Shown here piece by piece: positions 28,440-39,735 of a DNA stretch of 64,000 nt (position 1 is the stretch's first letter; every line of letters starts with the position of its first letter). Below the pieces are notes generated by a model that worked only from the letters and a program-made list of their open reading frames with translations, did not search any database and had not been told where the DNA came from. The DNA comes from Alphaproteobacteria bacterium (GTDB taxonomy: Bacteria > Pseudomonadota > Alphaproteobacteria > UBA828), in contig CAXXVO010000007.1 in NCBI GenBank assembly GCA_963422645.2, positions 32,001-96,000 on the forward strand. Direction: 5' to 3'. The position numbers were made by a program, and so were the translations under genes.

Positions 28440-29470
28440 GCCGCGTTGCGGTGGTTCTCATGAATCTCGGCGGCCCGGACTCTCTCGATGCCGTCGAACC
28501 CTATCTGCGCAATCTGTTCCGGGACCCGGCGATCATCGGCGCGCCGCGGCCGGTGCGCCGGCTGCTCGCGCGCCTGATCGCGAAGCGGCGCGGCCCCGAA
28601 GCCCGCGAAATTTACCGCTCGATCGGCGGCCGGTCGCCGCTGCTTGAGGAAAGCGAGGCGCAGGCGGCGGCCCTGCAGGCTGCTCTCGGCGATCTCGCTG
28701 AGGTCGAGGTCGCCATCGCGATGCGTTACTGGCACCCGATGAGCGGCGCTGCGGCGCAGCAGGTGGCTGCCTTCGGGCCGGAGCGGATCGTGCTTTTGCC
28801 CCTCTACCCGCAGTTCTCGACCACGACCGTGGCTTCGTCGCTGGCGGCTTGGCATTCGGCGGCCAGAGCCATCGGCATCGCCATACCGACGCAAGCCCTT
28901 TGCTGTTACCCGCGGGCGGACGGGCTGATAGCGGCTCATGCAGCGCTGATCGAGCCCCTGCTGGCGGCGGCGGCCGAGGCCGGGAAGCCGCGGCTTCTCT
29001 TCTCCGCCCATGGCCTGCCCAAGCGTGTGGTCGCCCGCGGCGATCCCTACCAGTGGCAGGTGGAGGAGACGGCGCGGTGCATCGTCGCCCGCCTCGGCCG
29101 CGACGGGCTGGATTGGACGGTCTGCTACCAGAGCAAGGTGGGGCCGCTCGCCTGGCTGGAGCCCGCCACTGTCGACGAGCTCGACCGCGCCGGGCGGGAC
29201 CGCGTACCCGTGGTCCTCGTGCCTATCGCCTTCGTTTCCGAGCACAGCGAGACCCTGGTGGAACTCGATGTCACCTATCGCGAGCACGCGGAGCGAGCCG
29301 GCGTACCCGCCTACCATCGCGTGCCCGCGCTCGGCACGCATCCGGCCTTCATCGAAGCACTTGCGAGGCTGGTGCGCCGCGCCCTGGATGGCGAGGCCTA
29401 TCTCGGCTCCGGCGAAGGCGGGCGGCTTTGCCCCGCGGCCCATGGCGGCTGCCCGCTGGCGGTGCGCTGA
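28436..29470 (+). CDS. hemH: Ferrochelatase
   Basis: MNLGGP, PLYPQFS, FSAHGLP, YQSKVG, SEHSETLVELD. Confidence 0.97.
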   Translation: MSRVAVVLMNLGGPDSLDAVEPYLRNLFRDPAIIGAPRPVRRLLARLIAKRRGPEAREIYRSIGGRSPLLEESEAQAAALQAALGDLAEVEVAIAMRYWHPMSGAAAQQVAAFGPERIVLLPLYPQFSTTTVASSLAAWHSAARAIGIAIPTQALCCYPRADGLIAAHAALIEPLLAAAAEAGKPRLLFSAHGLPKRVVARGDPYQWQVEETARCIVARLGRDGLDWTVCYQSKVGPLAWLEPATVDELDRAGRDRVPVVLVPIAFVSEHSETLVELDVTYREHAERAGVPAYHRVPALGTHPAFIEALARLVRRALDGEAYLGSGEGGRLCPAAHGGCPLAVR

Positions 29471-29913
29471 TGGCCGACGATCTCTATACCTGGCTGCGGG
29501 CGCTCCACGTGATCGCGGTGATCGCCTGGATGGCAGGGATGCTCTATCTGCCCCGGCTCTACGTCTATCACGCCGATGCCGAGCCGGGGTCGCAGCTGTC
29601 CGAAACCCTCAAGGTGATGGAGCACCGCCTGCTCCGGATCATCATCAACCCGGCCATGGTGGCGACTTTCGGCTTCGGCGGCGCCCTGCTGGCGCAGCCC
29701 GGCGGGGTCGACTGGTCCGGCGATATCTGGATCTACGTCAAGCTCGCCCTGGTGGCGCTGCTTGCGGCCTTCCACGGGCTGCTCGCGCGTTGGCGCCGCG
29801 ACTTCGCCGCCGACCGCAACCGCCGGAGCGCGCGCTTCTATCGCAGGGTGAACGAGGTGCCGACGCTCGCCATGATCGCTATTGTCATCATGGTCATCGT
29901 CAGGCCGTTCTGA
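29470..29913 (+). CDS. hemJ: Protoporphyrinogen oxidase HemJ
   Basis: ALHVIAVIAWMAGMLYLPRLYVYH, NEVPT. Confidence 0.95.
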   Translation: MADDLYTWLRALHVIAVIAWMAGMLYLPRLYVYHADAEPGSQLSETLKVMEHRLLRIIINPAMVATFGFGGALLAQPGGVDWSGDIWIYVKLALVALLAAFHGLLARWRRDFAADRNRRSARFYRRVNEVPTLAMIAIVIMVIVRPF

Positions 29914-29934
29914 GCCGGATTGGGAGCGAGAGGC

Positions 29935-31053
29935 GTGACTGAGCGAGCCGGGGTCTTGTCCAGCACCGCGATCGCCGCGTTGATCGAACGCGGCGAGGTC
30001 GCCGCAGAAGCCCCTGTCGGCGCGCCCCAGATCCAACCGGCGAGTCTCGATCTCAGGCTCGGGCCGATCGCCTACCGCGTGCGCGCGAGCTTCCTGCCGG
30101 GCCGCGAGAGCGTGCGCGCGAAGATCGCGCGCCTCGGCATGCATGAAATCGACCTCACGCGTGACGCCGTGCTGGAGCGCGGCTGTGTCTACATCGTGCC
30201 GCTGATGGAACGCCTCGCGCTCGCGCCCGCCGTTGCCGCCCACGCCAACCCCAAGAGCTCCACCGGGCGGCTCGACATCTTCACCCGGCTCATCGCCGAC
30301 GAGGCGCACGAGTTCGACCGGGTGCAGGCCGGCTACCGGGGACCGCTTTATGCCGAGGTCTCGCCCCGCACTTTCAGCGTCGTGGTGCGGGCCGGAAGCC
30401 GGCTCAACCAGATCCGCTTCAAGCGGGGCGATCTCGGCTATTCCGAAGGCGCGCTGGAGCGCCTCCACGCCGAACGGCAGCTGATTGAGGGCGAGGTCGC
30501 GCGCGGCGGCTTCAGCGGCGGCCTGCCGCTCTCCGTCGATCTCGCCGGCACCGGCGCCGACTTTGTTGGCTGGAAGGCGAAACGCCATACCGACCTGATC
30601 GATATTGACGTCGTCGGCTGCTACGAGCCCGCCGATTTCTGGGAGCCGATCGCGCGCCCTTCCGGCGGCGGCGTGATCCTGAACCCGGATGATTTCTACA
30701 TTCTGGCCTCAAAGGAATCGGTGCGCATCCCGCCGGACCACGCCGCCGAGATGGTGGCCTACGACACCCTGGTCGGCGAGTTCCGCGCCCATTACGCGGG
30801 TTTCTTCGATCCGGGCTTCGGTCACGACGAAGCGGGCGGCGGCGGCACCCGGGCGGTGCTCGAAGTGCGCTCCCACGACGTGCCCTTCGTGATCGAGGAC
30901 GGGCAGACCATCGGCCGACTCCTGTTCGAGCCGCTGACCGAACGTCCCGCCGAGCTCTACGGTCAACGGATCGGCTCCTCCTACCAGCGCCAGGGGCTCG
31001 CGCTCGCCAAGCAGTTCAAGCGGCCCGTCCTTGAGGACATCGCAACGGCATAA
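29935..31053 (+). CDS. dcd: dCTP deaminase (alphaproteobacterial two-domain type)
   Basis: IQPASLDLRL, NPKSSTGRLD, HYAGFFDPGFG. Confidence 0.9.
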   Translation: MTERAGVLSSTAIAALIERGEVAAEAPVGAPQIQPASLDLRLGPIAYRVRASFLPGRESVRAKIARLGMHEIDLTRDAVLERGCVYIVPLMERLALAPAVAAHANPKSSTGRLDIFTRLIADEAHEFDRVQAGYRGPLYAEVSPRTFSVVVRAGSRLNQIRFKRGDLGYSEGALERLHAERQLIEGEVARGGFSGGLPLSVDLAGTGADFVGWKAKRHTDLIDIDVVGCYEPADFWEPIARPSGGGVILNPDDFYILASKESVRIPPDHAAEMVAYDTLVGEFRAHYAGFFDPGFGHDEAGGGGTRAVLEVRSHDVPFVIEDGQTIGRLLFEPLTERPAELYGQRIGSSYQRQGLALAKQFKRPVLEDIATA

Positions 31054-31083
31054 CCCGCAGGCATAGCAACATCGAATCTTCGT

Positions 31084-31113
31084 TTGACACGGCAGAACGG
31101 CACCCGATAGGCT
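31084..31113 (+). promoter_or_regulatory. Putative sigma70 promoter of rho
   Basis: TTGACA-N18-TAGGCT. Confidence 0.55.
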
Positions 31114-31266
31114 AACGCACACGTCCGCCGCAGCGGGCGGGCTCCCCGCCTGCCGTCGGCGCATTCTCTCGGAAAAATAAGCCGCACGCCGTCCTCACTA
31201 GGTTTGCGCCCTCAGCGTGCCGCCGGCCGGCGGTGCGATTCCCGGTCCACAACGGCAGCGCCCGTC

Positions 31267-32523
31267 ATGCATCTGCAAGAACTCAAGACCCAGACCCCTA
31301 CCCAGCTGATCGACTACGCCAAAGAGCTCGAGATCGAGAACGCGAACTCGATGCGCCGGCAGGACCTGATGTTCGCGATCCTCCGGCAGCTTGCCGAGAA
31401 CGATCAGGCGATCTTCGGCTCAGGCGTACTGGAGACCTTGCAGGACGGCTTCGGCTTCCTGCGCTCGCCGGAATCCAACTACCTGCCCGGCCCCGACGAC
31501 ATCTACGTGAGCCCGAGCCAGATCTGCCGCTTCGGGCTCAGGACCGGCGACACTCTGGAGGGCCAGATCCGGGCGCCCCGCGAGGGCGAACGCTACTTCG
31601 CGCTGCTCAAGCTTAACAACATAAACTTCGACCCGCCGGAGAATCTCCGCCACAAGGTCAACTTCGACAACCTGACTCCGCTCTACCCCGAGCAGCGCTT
31701 CAGCATGGAGGTCGCCGACCCCGCACGGAAAGACACCACCAGCCGCATCCTCGACATCGTGGCGCCGCTCGGCAAAGGGCAGCGGGCACTGATCGTTGCT
31801 CCGCCGCGCACCGGCAAGACCATGATGCTGCAGAACATCGCGCACTCGATCGAGGCGAACCACCCCGAGGCCTTCCTCATCGTGCTGCTGGTGGACGAGC
31901 GGCCCGAGGAGGTCACTGACATGGACCGCTCGGTGAGGGGCGAGGTGGTGAGTTCGACCTTCGACGAGCCGGCGACGCGCCACGTGCAGGTGGCGGAGAT
32001 GGTGATCGAGAAGGCCAAGAGGCTGGTGGAGCACAAACGCGACGTGGTGATTCTGCTGGATTCCATCACCCGCCTTGCCCGCGCCTACAACACCGTTGTG
32101 CCCTCCTCAGGCAAGGTGCTGACTGGTGGGGTGGACGCCAACGCGCTGCAGCGGCCCAAGCGCTTCTTCGGCGCCGCCCGCAACATCGAGCACGGCGGCT
32201 CGCTCACGATAATCGCGACCGCGCTTATCGATACCGGCTCGCGCATGGACGAGGTGATCTTCGAGGAGTTCAAGGGCACCGGAAACTCCGAGATCATTTT
32301 GGACCGCAAGCTTGCCGACAAGCGCACCTGGCCCAGCATGGACATCGCCCGCTCCGGCACCCGCAAGGAGGAACTGCTGGTCGACCGCGCAACGCTCGGC
32401 AAGATGTGGGTGCTGCGGCGGATCCTCTCGCCCATGGGCACGGTAGATGCCATGGAGTTCCTGGTCGACAAGCTCAAGACGACCAAGACCAACGACGAAT
32501 TCTACGCCTCGATGAACACGTAA
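31267..32523 (+). CDS. rho: Transcription termination factor Rho
   Basis: [38 protein letters not shown]. Confidence 0.98.
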   Translation: MHLQELKTQTPTQLIDYAKELEIENANSMRRQDLMFAILRQLAENDQAIFGSGVLETLQDGFGFLRSPESNYLPGPDDIYVSPSQICRFGLRTGDTLEGQIRAPREGERYFALLKLNNINFDPPENLRHKVNFDNLTPLYPEQRFSMEVADPARKDTTSRILDIVAPLGKGQRALIVAPPRTGKTMMLQNIAHSIEANHPEAFLIVLLVDERPEEVTDMDRSVRGEVVSSTFDEPATRHVQVAEMVIEKAKRLVEHKRDVVILLDSITRLARAYNTVVPSSGKVLTGGVDANALQRPKRFFGAARNIEHGGSLTIIATALIDTGSRMDEVIFEEFKGTGNSEIILDRKLADKRTWPSMDIARSGTRKEELLVDRATLGKMWVLRRILSPMGTVDAMEFLVDKLKTTKTNDEFYASMNT

Positions 32524-32630
32524 TCGCGCACGCCTGCAGGGTCGTGGGCGCGGAGTAGAGTCGCGCACGCCCGAAACTTCAGGGATTGACTCGTTCGGAC
32601 CTTCCTACGGGCTCACGCCCTTCCCTTTAG

Positions 32631-32727
32631 CGTCATGGCCGGAGTTGCTCCGACCATCCACGGCCGCCGCCCCACTCGTGTACGGACCGCCCTGAGAGAG
32701 TTGCCCGGATCGAGTGCGGTCATGACG
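32631..32727. repeat. Degenerate alphaproteobacterial palindromic (REP/RIME-like) element
   Basis: CGTCATGGCCGG...CCATCCAC...GCCCGGATCGAGTGCGGTCATGACG, terminal CGTCATG/CATGACG inverted repeat. Confidence 0.6.
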
Positions 32728-32780
32728 GCGTGCGGGAGCAGGCATCGCGTAATACCGAATAAGCCTTTTGTAGAAATTCT

Positions 32781-32860
32781 GCGGCTCAAAGCGGCCTATT
32801 CCGGCTCAAGGCGGTCCAAAGTGGCTCAAGGTGGCTCATTATTCCGGCGCATTCCGGCCC
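32781..32860. repeat. Array of degenerate tandem 10-mers
   Basis: GCGGCTCAAA GCGGCCTATT CCGGCTCAAG GCGGTCCAAA GTGGCTCAAG GTGGCTCATT, then ATTCCGGCGC ATTCCGGCCC. Confidence 0.75.
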
Positions 32861-32912
32861 CTTGATGCGACGCGGAACGAGGCGGACGACACGACCTTGG
32901 GGAGCTACCTGC

Positions 32913-33908
32913 ATGAAGACACTTGATCGAAAGCTCGGCGCGCTCCTGCGGGGAAGCGGCGCGAGGACGGACTTTATTATCGCAGACGCCAAGGATGCCG
33001 ACATGGGTGGCGGGCGGCTCGCCCCTGGTCCGGCGCGCGGCGCGGACGGCCGGCCGCTCGAAGCAGTCCGGTCGCTCGCCGGGTACCTCGACGAAATCCG
33101 GGCGATCACCCGTCAGGGAATCGTCGACGTGATGCTCGTCTCGTCTTCGACTCTGGAGCGGCTCGGGAAGGAAATTTTCGAAAGCTCACAGGTCACCCCC
33201 GCCATTCGCGCCAACGACACGACGGACATCTGGAGAATACGGGGAGGCGCCTACCCGGTCGAGCCGTCCCGGCCCTTCCGCACCGCTTCGCTCTCACGGG
33301 CGCGCGACCTGGGGTGCGACCTCTGTCTCTACTCGATCACCTTCAACAACCGCGTGGACGACGATCTGCGCAGCCTCGATGCGTTCGCGGACTTCCGCGA
33401 GGACGCGGGGCGCTGCGGCATGCGCTACTTCCTGGAGGTGTTCAACCCCAACGTCGACTCAGGCCTCGCCTCGCTCGAGGAGAACGGTGCCTACGTCGGC
33501 GACTGCATCATCCGCTGCCTCGCGGGGCTGACGCGAGCGGAGAGGCCCTGTTTCCTCAAGATCGCCTACAACGGCCCGCGCGCAATGACCGAGCTCTGCT
33601 CTTACGACCCCGAGCTCGTGGTCGGAATCCTCGGCGGGTCGGCGGGGACCAACCGCGACACCTTCCAGCTTCTCGCGGACGCCCAGCGGGACGGCGCCCG
33701 GGTGGCCCTCTTCGGCCGCAAGATCAAGCTCGCGGAGTCTCCCCTTGAGATGGTCCGCCACATGCGACGCGTGGTCGACGGAGAGCTCACGCCGGAGGAG
33801 GCCGTCCAGGAGTACCACGCCGCGATCCGGGCGGACGGCCTCGTGCCGGCCCGCTCCCTCGACGAGGACCTCCGGATCACCGAGCCGGCTCTCCTGCCCG
33901 GGGCGTGA
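32913..33908 (+). CDS. Hypothetical protein, probably a class I aldolase-like TIM barrel
   Basis: FIIADAKDADM, FLEVFNPN, FLKIAY, GILGG, FGRKI pattern; next to a sugar kinase. Confidence 0.6.
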   Translation: MKTLDRKLGALLRGSGARTDFIIADAKDADMGGGRLAPGPARGADGRPLEAVRSLAGYLDEIRAITRQGIVDVMLVSSSTLERLGKEIFESSQVTPAIRANDTTDIWRIRGGAYPVEPSRPFRTASLSRARDLGCDLCLYSITFNNRVDDDLRSLDAFADFREDAGRCGMRYFLEVFNPNVDSGLASLEENGAYVGDCIIRCLAGLTRAERPCFLKIAYNGPRAMTELCSYDPELVVGILGGSAGTNRDTFQLLADAQRDGARVALFGRKIKLAESPLEMVRHMRRVVDGELTPEEAVQEYHAAIRADGLVPARSLDEDLRITEPALLPGA

Positions 33909-33959
33909 GCGACACGAGACGACCGGAAGGGGTCGAGAGCAGGGCGGAGACACGGACAG

Positions 33960-34985
33960 ATGGCGGAGCGAAAAAGCGGCGTCCTGACCTTCGGGTCGTT
34001 CATCACTGACCACAATCTCGCCATCGAGTCCTATCCGGCTGAGGACCGGACGACCTTCATCACCAGCCGCCGGCTCGCGGCCGGCGGGCCGGGCTACAAC
34101 ATCGCGGCGAACCTGCGCCGGCTCGATCCGGACATGCGGGTCGAGTGCCACGGCCTCCTCGGCGACGACGAGAACGGCCAAGTGGTCCTCGACGCGCTCG
34201 CCCGACACGGCATCTCGCCGGACGGGATGACCCTCACCCGCGAGGCGCCGCAGGTCTACGTCGAGGTCTTGGCGTCGCAGACGACCGGGCGTCGGACCTT
34301 CTTCTTCTTCCGGGGGTGCGCCGACCTGCTGGACGAAAACCACGTTGATCCCGGCGCTTCGCGCGGCCGCATCTTCCACGTGGGCGCCCCCGGGCTTCAC
34401 CCTCGCCTGGACCGGCCGCATCCCGACGGCGGGAACGGCTGGACGCGGGTCCTTGCGCGCGCCCGCGAGCTTGGCTTCCGCACGAACATGGAGATGGCGA
34501 GCCTGGAGGGCGAGATCCTGCGCCCCATCGTGCGGCCGTGCCTTCCCCTCCTCGACAGCATCGTGATCAACGACCTTGAGGGCGAGGCGGTGACGGAGAT
34601 CGAGATCCGTCCCGAGGGGGTACTCGACTGGGAGGCGGCGGGACGGGCATGCCGGCGGCTCCGCGAGATGGGGGTCCGGCAGGTGGCAGCCATCCACTTC
34701 CCCGAGGGCGCGGTCGCGGTCGATGCGGAGGGCGCCCTGCACGCGCAGGCGTGCGTAGGGTGGCCCGATTCGCGCATCGTGAGCGCGGTAGGCGCAGGGG
34801 ACGCCTTCGCGGCCGGGCTCGTCTACGGCCTGCACGAAGGGTGGCCGGTGCCGCGCGGCCTCGAGCTCGCGGTCTCTGTGGCGGCGGTGTGCCTGGAAAG
34901 CCTCGACACCAACGAAACCATCGGCACCTGGCAGGAGTGCGAGGCGGAGACCGCCCCCTACGGCTACCGCGACGGCCCTCCCTGA
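33960..34985 (+). CDS. PfkB family carbohydrate kinase
   Basis: GGPGYN, INDLE, SAVGAGDAFAAG. Confidence 0.9.
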   Translation: MAERKSGVLTFGSFITDHNLAIESYPAEDRTTFITSRRLAAGGPGYNIAANLRRLDPDMRVECHGLLGDDENGQVVLDALARHGISPDGMTLTREAPQVYVEVLASQTTGRRTFFFFRGCADLLDENHVDPGASRGRIFHVGAPGLHPRLDRPHPDGGNGWTRVLARARELGFRTNMEMASLEGEILRPIVRPCLPLLDSIVINDLEGEAVTEIEIRPEGVLDWEAAGRACRRLREMGVRQVAAIHFPEGAVAVDAEGALHAQACVGWPDSRIVSAVGAGDAFAAGLVYGLHEGWPVPRGLELAVSVAAVCLESLDTNETIGTWQECEAETAPYGYRDGPP

Positions 34986-35347
34986 ACGCCTCCGCCGGCG
35001 GGCGTTTTCGACAAGGGTGTCACGCGCCTGCCCGACGACGTCGCTGGGGCATGAGGGCGCCGCCCGCGCTGTAGGTTGGCCCACGGCCTCTTCGCAGGTG
35101 GGCAGCATGGCGCGAGACTGGCGCGCAGCGGGTGCCGTGCACCGCACCATGTTCCAGGGTGCTTGCCGAAGCACCGTCGCTTCGCGGGGAGAGCGCCAGA
35201 AGCCGACAGCAACATGGCATGCCAATGAATATAGAGGCGCACAAAGCGCAAGCTCGACTGACTGAGCGCCAGATAATTAGCTAGACAATCACATTCCAGT
35301 TACAACCACTAACCGCTTGATTCAAATACAATATATGCAAGAGGTCC

Positions 35348-36271
35348 CTAGACAACCTTGAGGGGCGGGCGGGGCGCTGGGGCCGCGCGCAGGCGGCCGA
35401 TGATCGCGTCGAGCTGCTCGGGCTCCTTGTAGGCGATGGTGAGCCGACCGCCGGCGCCGCGCTTGGCGGTGTCGATGGTGACCTTGAGTCCGAGCGCGCG
35501 GCTTAGGTCCGTCTGCAGCGCCTTGAGGTTGGGGTCGTCCCTGCGGCGTTTCGGCGGGCGGGTGCGCTCCTCTGCTGCACGGCGCACCAGGGCCTCGGTT
35601 TGGCGCACGGTAAGCCCCAGTCGCACCACCGTGTCCGAAAGCGCTGCCGGGTCCGCGGCCGCCATCAGCGCCCGCCCGTGGCCTGCGCTCAGGATGCCGT
35701 CGCCGACCAGTGCCTTCACCTTCTCGGGCAGATCGAGCAGGCGCACCGTGTTGGCCACATGGCTGCGGGACTTGCCGAGCGCTGTCGCGACATCCTCCTG
35801 GCGGTGGTCGAACTCGCGGATCAGGCGGCGGTAGGCAGCGGCCTCCTCCAGCGGGTTCAGGTCGCGGCGTTGCAGGTTTTCGACCAGTGCGATCTCGATG
35901 CTCTCGGAATCGTCCAAGTGACGGACCACCGCCGGCAGTTCGTGCAGCCCCGCCCGCTGCGCCGCGCGCCAGCGCCTCTCGCCGGCGACGATCTGGTAGC
36001 GCGCGCCCTCCTCGCCGCCGTCGCCGGGCCGCACCACGAGGGGCTGGACGATCCCCTTCTCGCGGATCGAGGCGGCCAGGCTCTCGATCTCGGCCTCGTC
36101 GAAGTGCTGGCGCGGCTGGTTGGGGTGGGGTGCCAGGTGCTCGATGGGGATGGAGAGCAGCGCGCCCGCGCGTGCGCCAACCGCCCCTTCTTCCATGGTT
36201 TCGCCGAGGAGGGCGGCGAGCCCCTTGCCGAGGCCACGCTGGCGCGGTGGGCTGCCCGCATCGGCTGTCAT
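35348..36271 (-). CDS. parB: Chromosome partitioning protein ParB
   Basis: [40 protein letters not shown]. Confidence 0.96.
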   Translation of the reverse strand: MTADAGSPPRQRGLGKGLAALLGETMEEGAVGARAGALLSIPIEHLAPHPNQPRQHFDEAEIESLAASIREKGIVQPLVVRPGDGGEEGARYQIVAGERRWRAAQRAGLHELPAVVRHLDDSESIEIALVENLQRRDLNPLEEAAAYRRLIREFDHRQEDVATALGKSRSHVANTVRLLDLPEKVKALVGDGILSAGHGRALMAAADPAALSDTVVRLGLTVRQTEALVRRAAEERTRPPKRRRDDPNLKALQTDLSRALGLKVTIDTAKRGAGGRLTIAYKEPEQLDAIIGRLRAAPAPRPPLKVV

Positions 36272-37119
36272 GCTGCGCTCTCCTTCTGGGTTCGCTCGCG
36301 CCGGAGCAATTCGCCCGCCAGGTGAGCATAGGCCTGGGCGCCGGGGCAGCGGAAATCATGGAGCAAAACGGGAACGCCGTAGGAGGGCGCCTCGGAAACC
36401 CGCACGTTGCGCGGGATGATGGTCTCGTACACCGCATCGCCCAGATGGGTGCGCACGTCGTCGCGCACCTGGGCGGAGAGGTTGTTCCGCTTGTCGTACA
36501 TGGTGAGCACGATGCCCTGCACGCGGAGCGCCGGGTTGAAGGCGGTGCGCACGCGTTCCACGATGCTGAGCACTTGGCTAAGTCCTTCTAACGCCAGGAA
36601 CTCGCACTGCAGTGGCACCAGCACAGCATCCGCCGCCACCAGGGCATTGACCGTCAGCATGCCGAGGGAAGGCGGGCAGTCGATCAGCACGTGCGACAGC
36701 CCGCTCTCGCGGGCAAGCGCCGGCTCAAGCGCCTCCCTCAGCCAGTGCTGCGGGCGGGGGCTCTGGGAGAGTTCGATCTCGGCGCCGGCGAGGTCGCGGG
36801 TCGCCGGCACGATGCTGAGCCCCGGCACCGTGGTCTGCCGCCGGGCTGCGGCGAGCGGCGTGCCCTGGAGCAGTCCGTAGGAGCCGGGCGCGCGTTCTGC
36901 CGGCGGAATGCCGAGGCCGGTGCTGGCGTTCCCCTGCGGGTCCAGGTCGAGCAGAAGCACCGGGCGGCCTGCCGCCGCAAGTGCGGTGCCCAGATTGATG
37001 GCGGTGGTGGTCTTGCCGACGCCGCCCTTCTGGTTCGCGACCGCGATGATCCGGGGGCGCTCCGCCGGGGCCGGCGTGGGCGAGGCGCCGGTTTCAAGAG
37101 CGGCGCCGCCGTTCGACAT
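36268..37119 (-). CDS. parA: Chromosome partitioning ATPase ParA
   Basis: [36 protein letters not shown]. Confidence 0.96.
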   Translation of the reverse strand: MSNGGAALETGASPTPAPAERPRIIAVANQKGGVGKTTTAINLGTALAAAGRPVLLLDLDPQGNASTGLGIPPAERAPGSYGLLQGTPLAAARRQTTVPGLSIVPATRDLAGAEIELSQSPRPQHWLREALEPALARESGLSHVLIDCPPSLGMLTVNALVAADAVLVPLQCEFLALEGLSQVLSIVERVRTAFNPALRVQGIVLTMYDKRNNLSAQVRDDVRTHLGDAVYETIIPRNVRVSEAPSYGVPVLLHDFRCPGAQAYAHLAGELLRRERTQKESAA

Positions 37120-37723
37120 CGCTGATCCTCAGTATCCGCGCCTCGGCCGCCGTCTGGCTGGGGACGATGTCTGCCCCGAAATCCCACCGGCGGCGGGCCT
37201 CCTCCAGCTCGCTCCGGTAACGGCGTCCTTTTGGGAATATACAATATGTATGGGAGTCCAGCACGGGGAAAACTAGACCTAGCAGATCGACCAGCGGCGC
37301 GCAGGCGCGGGCGACGATCGTGCCGGCCGGCGGAAGGGCGGCCTGTACGTCCGGCGCCTCGAGGCGGCCTTCGATCACGGAGACTTGGGTGCCGGTAGCC
37401 TCCGCCACCTCGCGCAGGAAGGCACAGCGCTTGCCATTGGCCTCGACCAGGGAGACCCGGCGGCTGCCGTCGAGGATCGCGAGCACCATGCCGGGAAAGC
37501 CGGCGCCGCTGCCGACGTCCACCGTGTGGCCCATGGGATCGTCGGCGAGCAGGGGCGCGAGCTGCGCCGAATCGAGGAAGTGGCGGGTCCAGAGCGCGGG
37601 GAGCGATGCCGCCGAGACCAGGTTGGTGTGCCGCTGCCGTTGCCGGAGGAGGGATTCGTAGATCTCGAGCCGCTCGCGTGTTTCACGTGAAACATCGCGC
37701 CGGAAGGCCTCGCCCGGCTCCAT
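37094..37723 (-). CDS. rsmG: 16S rRNA m7G527 methyltransferase
   Basis: [25 protein letters not shown]. Confidence 0.95.
   Translation of the reverse strand: MEPGEAFRRDVSRETRERLEIYESLLRQRQRHTNLVSAASLPALWTRHFLDSAQLAPLLADDPMGHTVDVGSGAGFPGMVLAILDGSRRVSLVEANGKRCAFLREVAEATGTQVSVIEGRLEAPDVQAALPPAGTIVARACAPLVDLLGLVFPVLDSHTYCIFPKGRRYRSELEEARRRWDFGADIVPSQTAAEARILRISDVERRRRS
37679..37694. promoter_or_regulatory. parS centromere-like site
   Basis: Perfect TGTTTCACGTGAAACA inside the 5' end of rsmG. Confidence 0.95.
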
Positions 37724-37729
37724 CCGGCT

Positions 37730-39631
37730 CTACCCCCGCCCGGCCTCCGCCGCGCTCTTGCGGTGGACCCTCTTGCGCACATGTGCGAGCAGCGCCGTCA
37801 GCGCCGCCGGCGTCACTCCCGGCACTCGCCCCGCCGCGCCGAGTGTGGCAGGCCGCGCGGCGGCAAGGCGTTGGCGCATCTCGTGGGAGAGGCCGCCGAC
37901 CAGATCGAAACGGAGGTCGCCCGGCAGCCTGAGCGCCTCGTCCCGGCGGAAGGCTGCGATATCCGCCTCCTGCCGCTCCACATAGCCCCGGTAGTGCGCG
38001 TCGTTCTCCAGGGCCTGGACGATCTCGGGCTCCAACGCAGCCAGCGCGGGCCAGAGTGCCGCGAGCTCTTCCAGGCTCACGTCGGGATAGCCGATCAGCT
38101 CGCGCGCGCTGCGCCTGCGCCCGTCCCGGTTCGCCGCAATCCCGTGGCGGCGCAGTGCATCGGGCGTCACGTCGAGCGAGCCCAGCAGGTCCTCAGCCCG
38201 CAACAGCGCCGCGCTCTTGGCGGCGAAGCGCTGCGCCCGCTCTCCGCCCACGCAACCGGCTTCGATGCCTCGCGCCGTGAGGCGTCGGTCCGCATTGTCC
38301 GGCCGGAGCCGGAGCCGATACTCGGCGCGAGACGAGAACATGCGGTAGGGCTCGCTCACCCCCTGCGTCACCAGGTCGTCGATCAGCACGCCGATGTAGC
38401 CCTCGGCCCGGTCGAATGTGAAGGGCCCACCACCGGCGGCCGCCCGCGCGGCGTTGATGCCGGCGACGACGCCCTGGGCAGCGGCTTCCTCGTAGCCTGT
38501 GGTGCCGTTGATCTGGCCGGCGAGGAAGAGGCCGCCGACGCGCGCGCTCTCCAGCGCCGGGCTCAGCTCGCGTGGGTCCACATGGTCGTACTCGATGGCG
38601 TAGCCCGGCCTGAGCACGTCCGCCCGCTCCAGCCCCGGGATCGTCGCCACCAACGCCCGCTGCACGTCCTCGGGCAGCGCGGTCGAGATTCCGTTGGGAT
38701 AGACTGTGTGGTCGTCAAGCCCCTCAGGCTCAAGGAAAATCTGGTGGGAGGCGCGGTCTGCGAAGCGCACCACCTTGTCCTCGATGGAGGGGCAGTAGCG
38801 CGGCCCGCGGCTCTCGATCGCGCCCGAGTACATGGGCGAGCGCGCGAGGTTGCGCCGGATGAGGTCGTGGCCCTCTGGCCCGGTGGCGGTGATGTGGCAG
38901 CGCACCTGCGCCCGCATGATCGCGTCCGTCAGGAAGGAGAAGGGCTCGGGCGGCTTGTCGCCCTCCTGCGCTTTCAGGGCGCCCCAGTCGATGGTCCGCC
39001 CATCGAGCCTGGGCGGCGTGCCGGTCTTCAGGCGGCCAAGGCGGAAGCCCAGGCGCTCCAGCGTGAGCGCGAGACCGGTCGCCGGCGCATCGCCCACGCG
39101 CCCCGCCGGGATCTGCCGCTCCCCGATATGGATAAGCCCGCGCAAAAAGGTGCCGGTCGTGAGCACCACTTGCGGCGCCGGGATGAGCGCGCCGTCCCCC
39201 AGCACCACGCCGCGCACGGGGGGGGGCGCCGGCGCGGTCGCATCCAGCGCCAGGTCCTCGACCGTGCCCTCGCGGATCGTGAGATTGGGCTGGGAGCCAA
39301 GCGCCGCCTGCATCGCCGCACGGTAGAGCGCGCGATCCTGCTGCGCCCGGGGCCCGCGCACCGCCGGCCCCTTGCTGCGGTTGAGCACGCGGAACTGGAT
39401 GCCCGCCTCGTCGGCGACGCGGCCCATGAGCCCGTCGAGCGCATCCACCTCGCGCACCAGGGTGCCCTTGGCGAGCCCCCCGATCGCCGGATTGCACGAC
39501 ATGGCGCCAATGGTTTCGCGCTTCTGGGTGATGAGGAGCGTCTCGGCGCCCACGCGCGCGGCCGCCGCCGCGGCCTCGCAGCCGGCGTGGCCGCCCCCGA
39601 TCACGATGACATCGAAGCGCTCGCGGCTCAT
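37730..39631 (-). CDS. mnmG: tRNA uridine modification enzyme MnmG (GidA)
   Basis: [48 protein letters not shown]. Confidence 0.98.
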   Translation of the reverse strand: MSRERFDVIVIGGGHAGCEAAAAAARVGAETLLITQKRETIGAMSCNPAIGGLAKGTLVREVDALDGLMGRVADEAGIQFRVLNRSKGPAVRGPRAQQDRALYRAAMQAALGSQPNLTIREGTVEDLALDATAPAPPPVRGVVLGDGALIPAPQVVLTTGTFLRGLIHIGERQIPAGRVGDAPATGLALTLERLGFRLGRLKTGTPPRLDGRTIDWGALKAQEGDKPPEPFSFLTDAIMRAQVRCHITATGPEGHDLIRRNLARSPMYSGAIESRGPRYCPSIEDKVVRFADRASHQIFLEPEGLDDHTVYPNGISTALPEDVQRALVATIPGLERADVLRPGYAIEYDHVDPRELSPALESARVGGLFLAGQINGTTGYEEAAAQGVVAGINAARAAAGGGPFTFDRAEGYIGVLIDDLVTQGVSEPYRMFSSRAEYRLRLRPDNADRRLTARGIEAGCVGGERAQRFAAKSAALLRAEDLLGSLDVTPDALRRHGIAANRDGRRRSARELIGYPDVSLEELAALWPALAALEPEIVQALENDAHYRGYVERQEADIAAFRRDEALRLPGDLRFDLVGGLSHEMRQRLAAARPATLGAAGRVPGVTPAALTALLAHVRKRVHRKSAAEAGRG

Positions 39632-39735
39632 GGCCGCCCTCCCGGCAGCCCGCTCTGCGGCTCGGCTCGTTGAGACGGCGCACCCTATAGGGGAGTCGGC
39701 GCCACCCGTAAAGCACCGGGTATCGTGAGCCGCGC

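Noticed and set aside
32781-32860. Possible CRISPR array here or at 53091-53400
   Set aside because: Units are 10-bp degenerate tandem repeats without spacers; no cas genes in the window
35260-35345. AT-rich tract as a second origin or the partner end of the 32769 array
   Set aside because: No DnaA boxes, no matching repeats and no matching target duplication
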